64,000 bases of DNA from Oculina patagonica (lineage: Eukaryota): assembly GCF_052425735.1 (NCBI RefSeq), contig NC_135765.1, forward strand, positions 24,924,001 to 24,988,000. Direction: 5' to 3'. The translations under genes and the position numbers were made by a program. Below are positions 47,432 to 59,897 of this stretch, piece by piece. Every line of letters starts with the position of its first letter. Within the stretch, counting starts at the first letter, position 1. The notes below the pieces were generated by a model that saw only the letters and a list, made by a program, of their open reading frames with translations, made no database searches and was not told where the DNA came from.

Positions 47432-48629
47432 TTTGTGCCAGACTCTGTAATTAAGTTATTTTGGAACTCTCGTCTAAATTCACTCAATATAATCCACCCG
47501 TGCGCAATAGTAAAACAAAAAACCATAAACACAACTTATTTGCTATTGTGTGCTCACTGGAGGCCGCACGGATTATTGACTGCAGAAGTACAAGGAGTCA
47601 AATATCTTAAGAACCTACAAAAACAAACTAGGAAAGTACCAACGAGCGTCCATAGGATGAAAAAACCCACCGCGCCCGAGCGGTAACGCAGAGGAAAAAC
47701 CCCAGCCCTATGGATAGTACTCTCCGACCTGCTGGGCTCGCAAATACTAATATTCGAACGAGATCAAAGATTCAAAATTATCTTTAACGTATCCATCTTT
47801 AGCATTTTCACTTTGCTAACGACCGTGTCCTAAAGAGTCTATCAACAATCCCTGCATTGGCGGCAGGGGCTCCTCCGGTCCTAAGACTGTGAAGACTTAT
47901 CAGGAAACGTCAGTGATGTCCTAAAAGCGTCCATGATCCCCTGGCAGTAGCAGGACTAGCCTTGGTGCCGAAAAGTGGACCGAGAGAGAGAGCAAAAGGA
48001 ACCAAGAAATTGCGGCAGCGATATTTCTCTAAGGCCTCACAGGACAAGTTTTTCCGGTCTGATCTCGCGATTGTAATCCTAGCCCCCACGGAATTCGTCT
48101 GTCTTGGACGACAGAAATATGGACACAAAAGTAGGAAGAACTTTATGTCACAAGCTCTATGGCGTAAAGCCAAGAAACGAAAAAATTCAGCATAACCTAT
48201 AAGACTTAGAGCTCCTGTTCCAGATCCCACAAAGAAGGACACTATCGAAATCTGAATAACAAGCGCCTTATCATTTCCGGAGCGATGGGTCCTCTTCGTT
48301 TTCGGTTTCAGGATTGGGAAGCGCTGACCAAGAAGACTAGGGAGAGAGACGTCGGCAACTGCCAACTTAAGACGAAGGAGAACGACAGGAAAGAGAAGGT
48401 AGACTGCAAAGGAAGAGTTGGTGGAGTGGAAAAAAATTGGACGAGCCCACCTGAAACCGGCAGGGATGACCACCGCCGCGACCGCCGGAGGAAAGCCACA
48501 GAGACACACAAAAGAAAAAGAACAACAACCAACAAAAAAGAAATAAAAATGATCAAACACCACGCAAAAATAACCAGAAAAAAAAATAGAAAAAGAACAA
48601 AAAACATAAACAGGCAAAATAACCCAACT

Positions 48630-49250
48630 TCTGGGCGCAAAAAATAGCCAAAAAATATCATGCACAGATGGTCCAAAACTCATCAGACGCAAATATAACT
48701 TACGTCCCGGACGGACACAGAAGGTCCTATACCCGACCCTTGGGCGCAGAGGCCCTACCTTCAGGAAACATGATCATAGTCTTGAACTTCTTAGGCCCAC
48801 CCTGTCGGGCCGAAGGCCCCACCTCTGGGAGAAAAAAAAAAAAAAGGCCGCTCATTTTTCTAAACATTGAACAAAGATAGTCCCAAAATCCACGGGCGCA
48901 CAAAAAACACTAAAATATTTGGGCAAGACGTCTCATCTCACGGGCGCAAAAAAGGCAAATTTTGGCACAGATGGTCCCATAATCCTCGGGCGCACAAAAA
49001 AGCCGCAAATTGGGCACAGATGGTCCCATTCATCTCGGGCGCAAAAAAGGCCCCTGACAACAGGCACAGATGGTCCCATAATCCTCAGGCGCACAAAAAG
49101 GCCCAAAAATTTGGGCACAGATGGCCCATTCTCCGGGCACAAAAAAAAAGCCCCTAACATATTCGGGCACAGATGGTCCCCACTCGCGGGCGCACAAAAA
49201 GGCCCCTAAAATTTGGGCACAGATGGTCCCATTCACGGGCGCAACCCCGA
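48630..49250. repeat. Degenerate ~50-bp tandem repeat
   Basis: Recurring GGGCACAGATGGTCCC...CGGGCGCACAAAAA, about 6-8 irregular copies. Confidence 0.75.
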
Positions 49251-50299
49251 AAAAAATAAATATTGTCACAGAGACAAACCCCTAAAAAACAAAAAAAACA
49301 AAGGACACGCAAAAACGCACGAAAAGAAAAAAAAAAAAAAAAAAAAGTCGCCCAGAGAGAACACAAGAGAAAAACCACCCACCACCAACACAACCGACAG
49401 AAATCCGCACCGACCCCCCCCCGAAAAGAGCCCGCAAGAGACCGCAAAAAAAAAAAGAACAAGCACCGACAGACGGAGAGAGCAAGCAAAAAAACCCCCC
49501 GCACACGGCGAGCACGGAAAAGAAAAGGGGACCGCAGAACCCCCGCCGAGACAAGACCCCGAGCGAGCGGCCAAGAAGGGGAAGTGCGAGAAGGGAAGTG
49601 GGACGTGGAGAGTGTGTGAAGGCGGCGGGACAGGAGCGTAGATGTGAAACGCTAAAAGTAATATGAAAAAAGATTGCGATCAGGGGAGTAAAAAGGTGAT
49701 CCCAGGAGGTAGGGAAGCACGAAGGGAAGAGAATGAAGAAAACATGGAGATAGTTGATCGCTCAGGAAAGAAAACCCGTATAGCACGACTAACCAGATAG
49801 GCCCAAGAAAAGTAACAGAAGAAAGTGGACGAAAGACCCCGATGGAGACACGGCAGCGCCCCCATTGATAGACAGATGTGAAGAACAATTGACAGTACGA
49901 AGGATGGAAGAAAGAAAGAGAAAGAAGGGAAAAGAAAGAGAGATAAAATAATAAAAGGCAAGTAAAAGAAATGAAGGGAAAATGACTTCTAACAACCACG
50001 AAAAGCGAAAGTCCCGAGAAGGGTAATTAACGAAATGGAAGGAAAAGAAAAGTAGAAGACCGAAAAAGTAGATGACGAAGGACGCCCGATATTGACGCTC
50101 ATAATCAAGATGCTGAAGAGAATTATTTTAGTGTTGAATGACAAACACGTACCGCACGAAACAAAAAGAGAAAGGAGACGATTGGGGACGAATAAGAAGT
50201 GAAGGAAAGAGAGAGAACCGCCAGGAGCGTAAAAGTTGAAGGCGAGTAGAGGAAATTTTGGGCGATTTATCTCTTCTTTCTTGAATGATTTAATCCTAA

Positions 50300-50717
50300 C
50301 ACCAGGCCTTTTTTCCCTTTTTTAATCTCTGAGGCGTCGGCCTCGCCGAGCCAAATCATCCGTGTCGACATTTTGACTGTCGCCCAACCGAATTCAGGTT
50401 TATCCGCCAATTTAATTATCTTCTGTCTATTAATGTATAATCAAAGAAATACCTCTATTCAGCTCTTCCTTGTATTAGGAAATTTCCACTTTCAAGGGCT
50501 CAAGGTGAATTGTTCACAACTTTCCTTTCTTCTTAAAGACGTAGTTGTCGGTTGAGATCCGACGCAATCTGGGCCGTAAATCTGACTGTGCTTTAAGCAA
50601 ATTGGTCTGAAGACTTGAATTTGAGTGTTGACTGCCGTTAATATCGATTTCTCTGTGATCTAAAATGGCACTTAGTTCCGGCGAAATAGAGGCACTAGCT
50701 CCTTCTTGTTCTCCCAT
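50300..50717 (-). mobile_element. Degenerate DIRS/Ngaro-type retrotransposon ORF1 (gag-like) fragment
   Basis: Broken minus-strand frames read YVFKKKG ... EELNRGISL ... RQKIIKLADKPEFGWATV ... DDLA, resembling the RQKLIKLAD..GW.TV.EY..D.LA motif of tyrosine-recombinase retroelement ORF1. Confidence 0.55.
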
Positions 50718-51019
50718 ACGATCAACGAAGACTAAAACTAACTACCAACACGAATAAAATTCAGTCGCCTCCAGAGAAGAACACCAAGATGAAGAAATTA
50801 GCATACAACTACTCCTTTAATACCTACCAAATCCCTAGATAGTTCATACCGACTAGAGAAATTTCCGCTAATTTTTCAAAAACGCGGAAAAATTCGATTG
50901 TACGCGTTGAAATTAATTGATGTGGCAAATAAAGTGAGAACTTTTTGAGTTACTGGGAGGGGCCGGACAGGGAAATATTTGACTCCAGGTAATAGGCCTT
51001 ATCACGGTTTTTGACGCCA

Positions 51020-51490
51020 TCTTGATGGGAAGGCAAAGCGGGTAAAGAAATTACATTGTTTTTATGGGAATCCGACGGCAAATATCTTTTACAAAAATTT
51101 ACTCTGGATTACTTAGGAATTATAAAGTTAAGATACTAGGCAAAAGTTTTTATTCGCCGAGTTTGAAGGATATAGCTGGGCTAGAAAGCATTGAGTTACG
51201 TTTTTAATTTCCCATACATTTGTCTGTATTTTCTCTGCAGATTTACGTTCCGGTTCGGTGAGTGGACGCGGTTTGCGGGAAAAATATAGACAAATGTATG
51301 GGAAAATAAAAACGTAACTGAATACTTTCTAGCCCCGCTACATCCTTCAAACTTGATGAATAAAAACTTTTGCTTAGTATCTTAACTTTACAATTCATAA
51401 GTTGCCCAGAATACAATTTTTGTTAAAGATATTTACCGTCGGATTCCCGTACAAACGCTGTAATTTCTACCCGCTTTACCTACTCGTCAA
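51020..51490. repeat. Long inverted repeat / foldback element (~220-bp arms)
   Basis: ~51020-51240 is an imperfect reverse complement of ~51272-51490 (e.g. GGGAATCCGACGG / CCGTCGGATTCCC; CCCATACATTTGTCT / AGACAAATGTATGGG). Confidence 0.85.
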
Positions 51491-51517
51491 TTCGTCGAAT
51501 TCGCTGCTTTCGCACAT

Positions 51518-51690
51518 TTTGTCGCTGCGATCAGTCGCATGAATTTAAACCAGTGTGAATTCGTGCGATTGATCGCGCAGAGAGAAAGCTTTTCACAAAA
51601 ATGCACCATGTCACACGAGGTGACATGTTGCAGCGACTTGTCCCCGTGACATGTTGCAGCGATTTTTCGCCTATTGTGTCTCGGCCTTTA
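51518..51690. mobile_element. Partial copy (right end) of the TTAA MITE family at 15700-16153
   Basis: Shares GAATTCGTGCGA, ATGCACCATGTCACACGAGG and TCGCCTA.TGTGTC.CG.CCTTTAA. Confidence 0.7.
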
Positions 51691-52534
51691 AGTTATAAGG
51701 CTTTATTTCCCTGATTGTTGAACATCGACTCTTCTTAAATTTACCAGGATTATTGGGAGATGATGGACTTCCATCATGATAGTCGTTTTACTGGCCGTCG
51801 TGTAGGATTATGTTTCAAGCTCTTATCCTTCTAAAAAACTAACTAATTTATGCCTCACCGTGGTACAAGTCCGAGCATTTCGTGATTGCGAGACTTGCTG
51901 TATTTTTCATTGGCTTTTAAGAGAGTGAAAATGTAAAAGTTACGTACTTTGAAATGGTCAATCGTCTTTTCGAAAGACCGTCAGGGTACAACAGGATATT
52001 TTTTCAAGAAGTAAATGATTTTATGTACCCTGGGACATAATCATCTCCCAGCGGTCGGTTGGAGAACTTCCCGTCATCTAGGATATTTCTTCATAGATTC
52101 CGACATGGAAGTGAGGCGAGCTTGAATTCAATTCTCTTTCGCTAAATTCCTCCCCACCCCCCCCCCCCCCTTCCACACCTTTTGCACTACGGCAGAAATG
52201 CAAAATTTATTGGCCAATATTTCAACCAGCAGGGCTAGTCGTCTTTAGGCCAAGTACTATAATCTAAGGAAAATAACGGCTCTAAAATTTGAATTTGGAG
52301 TTTACAGTCTCAGTTGATTTTTATCTAATAAAGGTTACATAATTAGATATTCACATACATACTTTTTCAAACAGTGATTAATCTAGAAGGAGCTTGACGA
52401 AGTTTTCTCAACCAGGGATGGTGCAAACCTTGGCTACAGAAGTACTTAAAAACGTAAAATAACACAGGGCAGTTTGTCATATTTGTCCTCCTAGCCTGAG
52501 CACGGGTTGTGTGTGTGCACGTGTTCGAGGTCAT

Positions 52535-54699
52535 CACTGTAGAGGCAGATTCTCCATCTTGAGTTGTATCGTTGAAGTCTTCCTCGCTTTCCTTTCTGTC
52601 GTCATTTTCTATTGGACTCGACTCTTCTCCTCATTGTTGTGCCTCAGGAAATGCAATGTTGCGCGATTCTTGAGCTTCAACTTCTTCATTTTGCAGTAAG
52701 AATCCCACACTTTTTCCAAAATTGCAATGTTGTTCGATTCTTGATCTTCAGCCTCATCATTCAGTTTGCAGTAAAAATCCCACAATTTTTCTGTCGTCGT
52801 TTTCTCTTGGAATCGACTCTTCTCGTTGTTGTTTTGCCTCCGAAATTGCAATGTTGTGCGATTCTTGAGCTTCAGCCTCATCATTTTGCAGTAAAAATCC
52901 CACAATTTTTCTGTCGTCGTTTTCTCAGTGGAATGGACTCTTCTCGTTGTTGTTCTGCCTCAGGAATTGCAATGTCGCGCGATTCTTGAGCTTTAGACTC
53001 TTCATCTTGCAGTAAGAATCCCACTCTTGGGATATGTGGAACAACAACGTCAATCTCGACAGCCTCAGCCAACCCCTCATTACCCCGGCCTTGTGTTGCA
53101 CCATCACTTGTGTTGCACCATCACTTCTCCTTGTTGTTCTGCCCCAAAAAATTGCAATGTGACACGATTCTTGAGCTTCAACATCTTCATTTTGCAGTGC
53201 GATTCCCTCTATTGGGACATGTGGGGTAACATTGTCCATCTCAACAGCTTCAGCCAATTCCTTATTACCTCGGCCTTGTGTTGGACGATCTCTCTGTTAT
53301 CCTTCTTGAGAACGCGGTGATCCAAAAAGCCTTTTTTCAATTTCCTCTGCTTGTTGAAGAGTTTTCCTTAACAGAAACTGAATGAAAGCCACTCGAACCT
53401 TTTGTTTTCTAACAGTGTAAATCAACGGATTGACCAGGGAATTAAAAATTGATACTGCCGTCCAAACTGAAAGAACTTGAAATTCAATAGTGACCGATGT
53501 TGCATTGTCCAGCAATTTTTCCAGAACAAATTTACTGATCAGTGACGGTACGTAGCATACAGAAACTGCCGATATTATCATGGTTGTTATTTTCAGCGCT
53601 TTCTTCTCTTTCTTAAATTGTTCTCTGGCCTCCGAGGACACTTGATGAGAAATGATTTGCTCCTCGCGTCGACGGACCTCGCGATAAACAACCACTTGAC
53701 AGACGACGATTGTAGGAATACTTGCCACAATGCATATACCCAGCATTGTCAGTATTGGCTCGTTGTTGTTTGATTATTTCAAGCGAAGGAATAGTTCCAA
53801 CGCTGTGGGATGCCATTTATGATATTAAAACCAAAAAGTTTCGGAACTCAGCATGTTTTAATATTTCGGCTTTTAGTGTTTATGTAAGTTGCGGATGAAA
53901 AACTGCAACAACGATCAGAATGAACCGCCGAGTGAACAGCCCAACATGTGCATAAGCACACGAATGGTCTGAACAAACAGTTTGAGCAGACAAAGGTCGA
54001 AAGTGCACAAAACCATCCATAAGACTTATTGACTAGAGAGTTTACTGACTCGATGGTAAAAAAAAGTTCTAATAGTTATGTTTGTGTAAGAAACAGACGC
54101 AATGACTGGCTATGGTGGTTTAATTTGTAGTGATCTGTTGTACTTATTTAATTTTATCGCTTAGGTAAGCTACCATTTTTATTTTAATCAAGGAGTTTAT
54201 AATAGTGAGCTCACTAAAAGTTTTTCTTGGATCGAAGTAGATTGTCATGAAAGCTCAAAGACCTTTGAGAAAACTTGGAGGATCGCTTTATGGCAAAGTA
54301 TCTCTCTCCGCTGATCAAAACTAAATGGAATAACGATGCAAACCAGAAAATAAAGAAAAGCATTTCCTTCAATTTTGACAGAATACAGAAGCCACTCGTT
54401 GTCTGACCTTTTAATGCAATGGTATCCGTATAGATGCGGAGAGGCTGGATTGTCAGTCCGACCATGAAGTCTGTCACTGCTAAACAGGCAAGCAAAAAGT
54501 TGGCATTGGACCTGAGTCGTCTTTGCGTTTTCACCACAATGATAACCAAAACATTCAACAATACGGTTAATGAAAATGACAGCAGATTGACAACGATTAT
54601 AAAAACAAGCCAAATGTGACCAGAGAGGGGCAAATGTTGAGGCACCTTTGGTAACGTGAAGTCTTCACATCCATCGACGCCAGCAGAAGAAGAATTCAT
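52535..54699 (-). pseudogene. Class A (rhodopsin-like) GPCR, disrupted
   Basis: TM1-3 in 54699-54280 (LNVLVI, LACLAVTD..G..IQP, ASLFHLVLISGERY) and TM5-7 in ~53760-53300 (EKKALK, CYVP, NSLVNPLIY). The TM4 region is replaced by ~460 bp of AT-rich non-coding DNA; the acidic repetitive tail carries stops and frameshifts. Confidence 0.75.
52580..53260 (-). repeat. Tandem coding-like repeats (~120-190 bp) of the GPCR C-tail
   Basis: Repeated GFLLQ.EE.EAQES..IAI.EAEQQREESI peptide units. Confidence 0.7.
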
Positions 54700-55689
54700 G
54701 CATGTTCAGAGCCTGTCGGAAAGAAATAACGTCAGCAAAGAAAAAGAATCGAGTTTGTTTTAATCTCTGAATAAAAGTTCATTCCTTATAACTCGAGCCC
54801 CCGGTAACTCGAACATGTTTCCACTTCAGGTAATATCGCTTTCGGTTTTTCTATTACTGACCTTATTTCGCTCGGTCATTAGCAAGAGAAACTTTGGGGA
54901 AATATTATCTTAGCACGGCATGCGCTTATTTAATAAAAAGAAACATATTTTTCTATACTGATAGTTAAAAAAAAAATAGGACAAATTTATTCCTGCAACT
55001 AGATGTCGGCTAATAAAGAAAAACGAAAATGATAAAGAAAGAACAACCTTTGCTTACCAGCCCTTCGCCTGTTTGTAAACAATAGGAAGCGAAACTCTGA
55101 ACTTTGCACTGAAATATGTTCGAAAAAAACGTGCGCTAGTTTGGCGAGAAACTAGATTTTATTTTCATCCGTCGTGTTATTCTGAGGACGTAAAATTTTT
55201 ACCTCGTGTCATAAGGTCGGTCACTGAGGCCTTTCGATGTTTGTGAACTTTAACAAGAAAGCCAGCAATCTTGTTTCTTTTATTTACTATTCACAGGCAA
55301 CAGCTGCAGTTTAATTTTGGCGTGTAAAAGGGTGCCGAACAGTCAGATTTCCCAATTGGACAATCTTTCGCCGTCCGTATACAAGAGAGACGAGACTGTA
55401 AATGACGAGTATGTTAAGAAATGTGAATGAAAATTACAGTTTTAAGGTCACTATTCCTATACTGACGATCTTTCGATTATTGCATCAGCTAAGTAAAGAG
55501 TCACTGAAGAGTGAATGTTACACTGAACGTTGAACACAAGTTGAAGTAACTAAAAATTAATTGCAACACGTACATTTAATAGGTCTTAATTGTCTCAACG
55601 GAGGTCCAAAAAAGTCAGATAATAAAAATGTAAATTAGATTTCTTGCAAATTGTTGTATACCATATTTTACTGAATGTTAATACCACTA

Positions 55690-56009
55690 CCGTAAAATTC
55701 AGGTTATAAGCCCTGGCATTATACAACTTCGTAAGGGGTTTTGGGTGGACTTATAAAGGAGGGGCTCATATCCGGGGGGGGGGGATGGGGACTTATAAAC
55801 GGACTAAATAAAACGTTTCGAAACGAGCCACAGCAGTGTTGTTCAAAATACGTTTTTAAGTTACAAAGTCATAATAAATTAAAGCAACATTAAGCTCTGC
55901 TCAGTACTGTCATCCGGCAGAGAGGGGCTTATAACGGGATATATTTTTTGTTGTTGTTTCCAGGTAGATGAGCCTATAACCAGGGGGGCTTATAACCAGA
56001 ATTTTATGG
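55690..56009. mobile_element. Tc1/mariner/pogo-type MITE (TA TSD)
   Basis: TA|CCGTAAAATTCAGGTTATAAGCCC ... GGGCTTATAACCAGAATTTTATGG|TA. Confidence 0.8.
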
Positions 56010-56560
56010 TATATCAGTACAATAACCGGCTATCAGTACTTTTACTGTACGATTACATCATTCATAGTGGAATCATGAGCTATAGTAGCGTGTAGTAACC
56101 TTAAACGAGTGAAGCATTCTAAATTAAGGATGAAATAACCTTTTATGGACTCCTTAATAAACTGATCGCATTGCATTGCATTATATAAAGAACAGGCAGC
56201 GACTCCTGTCCTTTACATACCATTTGAATTGCATTCTAGTTTTGTACGTAAAAAAATTTAACTTTTCCTAAACTCATGTGTTTCTTCGAAAATTGAAGGC
56301 CCACTTTTAACCTTATTTCTTAAAAAAGCTTACTGAAATTACCATACGTTGGATTATACTATGCGCAATATTAAATTGCCGTCCATTGGCTATTAAAAAC
56401 GGTAAAAAATTATCATTTCATTTAAATAAACGCCCGTCCTGAATAAACGCCGGGTTCAAATGAACGCCAAGTAAACTTTATGTAACATGTTATGAAGTGT
56501 AAGGACGTGTTCGTATGTTGAAATCATGGCTTGAAGGATTTAAAGTCAGCTACAGTCACA

Positions 56561-59500
56561 TTAGAAGCGTGATTTTACTTTCAGATTAACCCCACCATCA
56601 ATTACAAGAGTGATGTTTTGCTTTACACGAGGCGGGATCACTGTGTCTGTTGCCAACTCAAGGCTGTATTTCTTCAGGATCCTTGCCAGCAAAAGCTTCA
56701 TTTCCATCTGTGCAAACCTCAGCCCGATGCAGTTCCGAGGGCCGGTTCCAAATGGCAGATACAAGTAGGGGTCACGTGAACGCTTCATTTCAGGGGTAAA
56801 TCTCTCTGGATCGTATTTTTCTGGGTTGTGCCAGATTGTGGGATCCCGATGAATACTGTATATTGGGATGAAGACGAGTCCTCCTTTTGGAATCATCAGG
56901 TCTTTCACCTTACAGTCCTTTGTACACGTGCGAAAGAGAAAAGGAACTAAAACGGAAAATAATTCGTTTCAGTATGAAGTTAAAAGTAACAATACTACTT
57001 CACTTTGGAACCCCGTTACCACGATCCCTGAATACAACCCACCGTATGGAAAAAAAGATGGCGTCTCTACATTTTACCTCAATACTTTGCGAACACAATA
57101 CAGCCAATACTGTTGCCATGTTTTTGCAAACTTCAACCCTATAAGTACTAACATTATTGTTCATGCTGGGTTTGAATTATATATAAGTAACTGGGTTTGA
57201 AGTTGTCCGCGCGTTTTTATGAGCGTTTTTAGGGGGTCTCTTGACGGAAATATTGTTGAGGCCCAGGAATTGGCTGTAACGACGAATGGGTCGTTTTAAC
57301 TGCGTGATTGTATAAGGCAGGGTTTGCACTGTACTACAATGCGAAGCACTCCACAAATTCACAATATCAGGAAAGTAACTTAAAATTGCAGCTGAAATCC
57401 ACACTTGAAAGTTAGTTTGTGAGTATCGAGTCGAATTGTTTGCGGTTTCGTATGCAACGATGTCTCTGTCGCATTTAAATGATGTACCGTGAAAAGGTCT
57501 TACGTGACACTACTAGGGGTGGAAAAATAAATCAACACTAAGTCAGCTGTGTTGATACTTACCAACAGGATGGAGTCGGAGTGTTTCGGCAATGACCATG
57601 TCAAGATAGGGCAGATCCTTGACTGTGTCGTAGGACGGCATCTCCTCTTCGTCAGTACACACGCTGTCAATCTCTTGATGAAGCTTTTTCTGTACCTCGG
57701 GGTTGGCAGCTATAAAGAAACACGTTAGGCTTAGGGTGACGCTTGTCGTGTCAGAGCCGGCTAGCAAGAAACCGATGGACTGGGCAGCAATTTCATCGTC
57801 ACTGAGCCCTTTGCCTCTTGTCTCAGCGTTTAACATGAGCTCGAGCAAATTCTAAATGAAAAAGAGAACAGAAAAGAGAACTTTCAGACGAAATCAATGT
57901 CAAAAAGGAAGGGCATGCCAATACTTCCAACCTGTGAGAGTTACATTTAACATGCATTGATATATGTAACACCATTCCCAAGGGCCAGGTTATGTCAATG
58001 ACATAGCCATGCAGTGGATATTGAGAACTATTAAAAACTAGCAATGGTATATTGCAGTTCCTGCGTTTTGATTGGTCGAGAGCCAATGGTATATGAGCTC
58101 ATATACCATTGACCACAAATTTGGTAGCCAATTCGCATCAACGAAAACAGCTTGGGAGCTAAAATATTACAATTATTTGGGCGATTTTAATAAAAAAATC
58201 ATTCCACTCACGCTTGTTGGATATGAGATCGTTATCGCCAACTCGGCGATACGCGCGTTGTTAGTTATCTACCATTTCATATGCAACGAGCGCTCTAGAG
58301 TAATTGATAAATGATAACTTGGTTGATAATTACACCCCGTTACCTAACTAGTACCTACGCCTTTCCTTGCCGCAAACGTAGGAACGCGATGGCTTTGATG
58401 CCGCAAAAGATAAAAGTTCTAAGGCGCTTTACAGTTTCAAAATAAATAAGTCTTAAGATCCGCATTAAAGTATTTATAGTCTACTGTCAGTCTCAGATGG
58501 TCGGGTAGACCGTTTCAAAGTGCCGGGGCACAGACAGGAAAGGATCTATCGCCATACTTAGAATTGCACAGAAGAACATGCAGAAGACCCCTAGAAGACC
58601 CGTAATGGCCGTGATGGCACATATCTATCCAAAAGATATGTTATAAAACCATCCTTACTACGAGCTTAAGGGGAGACAGGTTTATCCTCAATACTTGTTG
58701 GAGTACCAGCAAAATAGTCAGCCGAAATTAAGAGATGGTTCTACCTTTTCCGTACCCTCTGCTTTTTCCTTTGATGTCTTTATAACTTGGTCCGCGACAT
58801 TCTTAACGCCTTGAAAATTTTTAAACAGCCACGGAGATAACAGTTTTATCAATTTGGTACCATATGGAAGGAGTAGACCTAGAGCAATTATTGTCAGCGC
58901 AACCGGGCCGAACCGAAGAGCATCACGGACTTGGACCATCGTAGGATCATCTGGATTAGTTTGACATTCTGATTGGACACCAAAGGCAGTTGACAAGATT
59001 ATGTCAAAGGTCAATGTTCGTATATACCTTCGAGAGAAACAACAAAAGAAGTATGTCTTATGTTTTACGTGCTGAACGTGCTTTAAGGAGATTTGGCCCA
59101 TGTACCGTTATTAATTTTAGGTTGCAAAGGCAGTTGTGATAGAGAGAAACGTCCATTTTAACTCTTTTACTGAGCATTAAAGACCACAATCAGTTAAGCA
59201 AGTAAGCAACCAAGCAATAGATTGCTCGATCAGTGCAATTCGATTTAGTAATTTTGACCATCTCTACACGTTTTTTACCTCGTTGTGTTTTATATTAAGC
59301 AGAGGGTTGTTGGTACACAAGAAAGCAAAGTCGGTTGTTACCTATCTATACATTTTACCGTCGATTGGTTGGTCAGTCGGTCGCTCGGCGGTCAGTCATT
59401 NNNNNNNNNNNNNNNNNNNNNNNNNNNNNNNNNNNNNNNNNNNNNNNNNNNNNNNNNNNNNNNNNNNNNNNNNNNNNNNNNNNNNNNNNNNNNNNNNNNN

Positions 59501-59897
59501 NNNNNNNNNNNNNNNNNNNNNNNNNNNNNNCTGTCTGTATGTCTGTATGTCTGTCTGTCTGTCTGTCAGCTGACAAGCAAGTACTAGTAAATAAGAAATC
59601 AACCATTCAGTCAGTCTGTTCTCTTCACCATTCTTCATCGTCGCGGATAATATAGTAGTAACTGTGGTAAATATGAGCGAAGTGAATTTACTCATTAATA
59701 TCGACGCTTTCATCCTGATCGGCCACTTTCTCCAGTTTCTTCATAAACGTGTCACACGCCTGGTTCATTAGAGGCACCATCCGCTTCATTTTCAAAGCAC
59801 TGAAAGAAGGCGACAGCGTACTGCGGATACGTCGCCATTTTTCTCCCTTAACGACACTAAGTAGACTGTTCAGCGGTGGAGGAAACTCGAGCAAATC
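56561..59897 (-). CDS. Cytochrome P450 (clan 3, CYP3A/TBXAS-like), last four exons: 59897-59692, 59027-58745, 57851-57563, 56946-56561; 5' exons not found in window
   Basis: Exon phases join in frame at GT-AG sites. WRRIRSTLSPSFS..KMK, I-helix FLLAGSDTT, ETLR, PERF, heme motif YLPFGTGPRNCIG. Confidence 0.92.
59401..59530. other. Assembly gap (130 N) flanked by (GTCT/GTCG)n microsatellite
   Basis: Run of N inside a P450 intron. Confidence 1.

Noticed and set aside
47910-49999. Many overlapping 70-260-aa ORFs
   Set aside because: Low-complexity Phe/Lys-rich translations caused by skewed composition; no recognisable domain.
59283-59713. ORFs spanning the N-run
   Set aside because: Artefacts of translating through the assembly gap.
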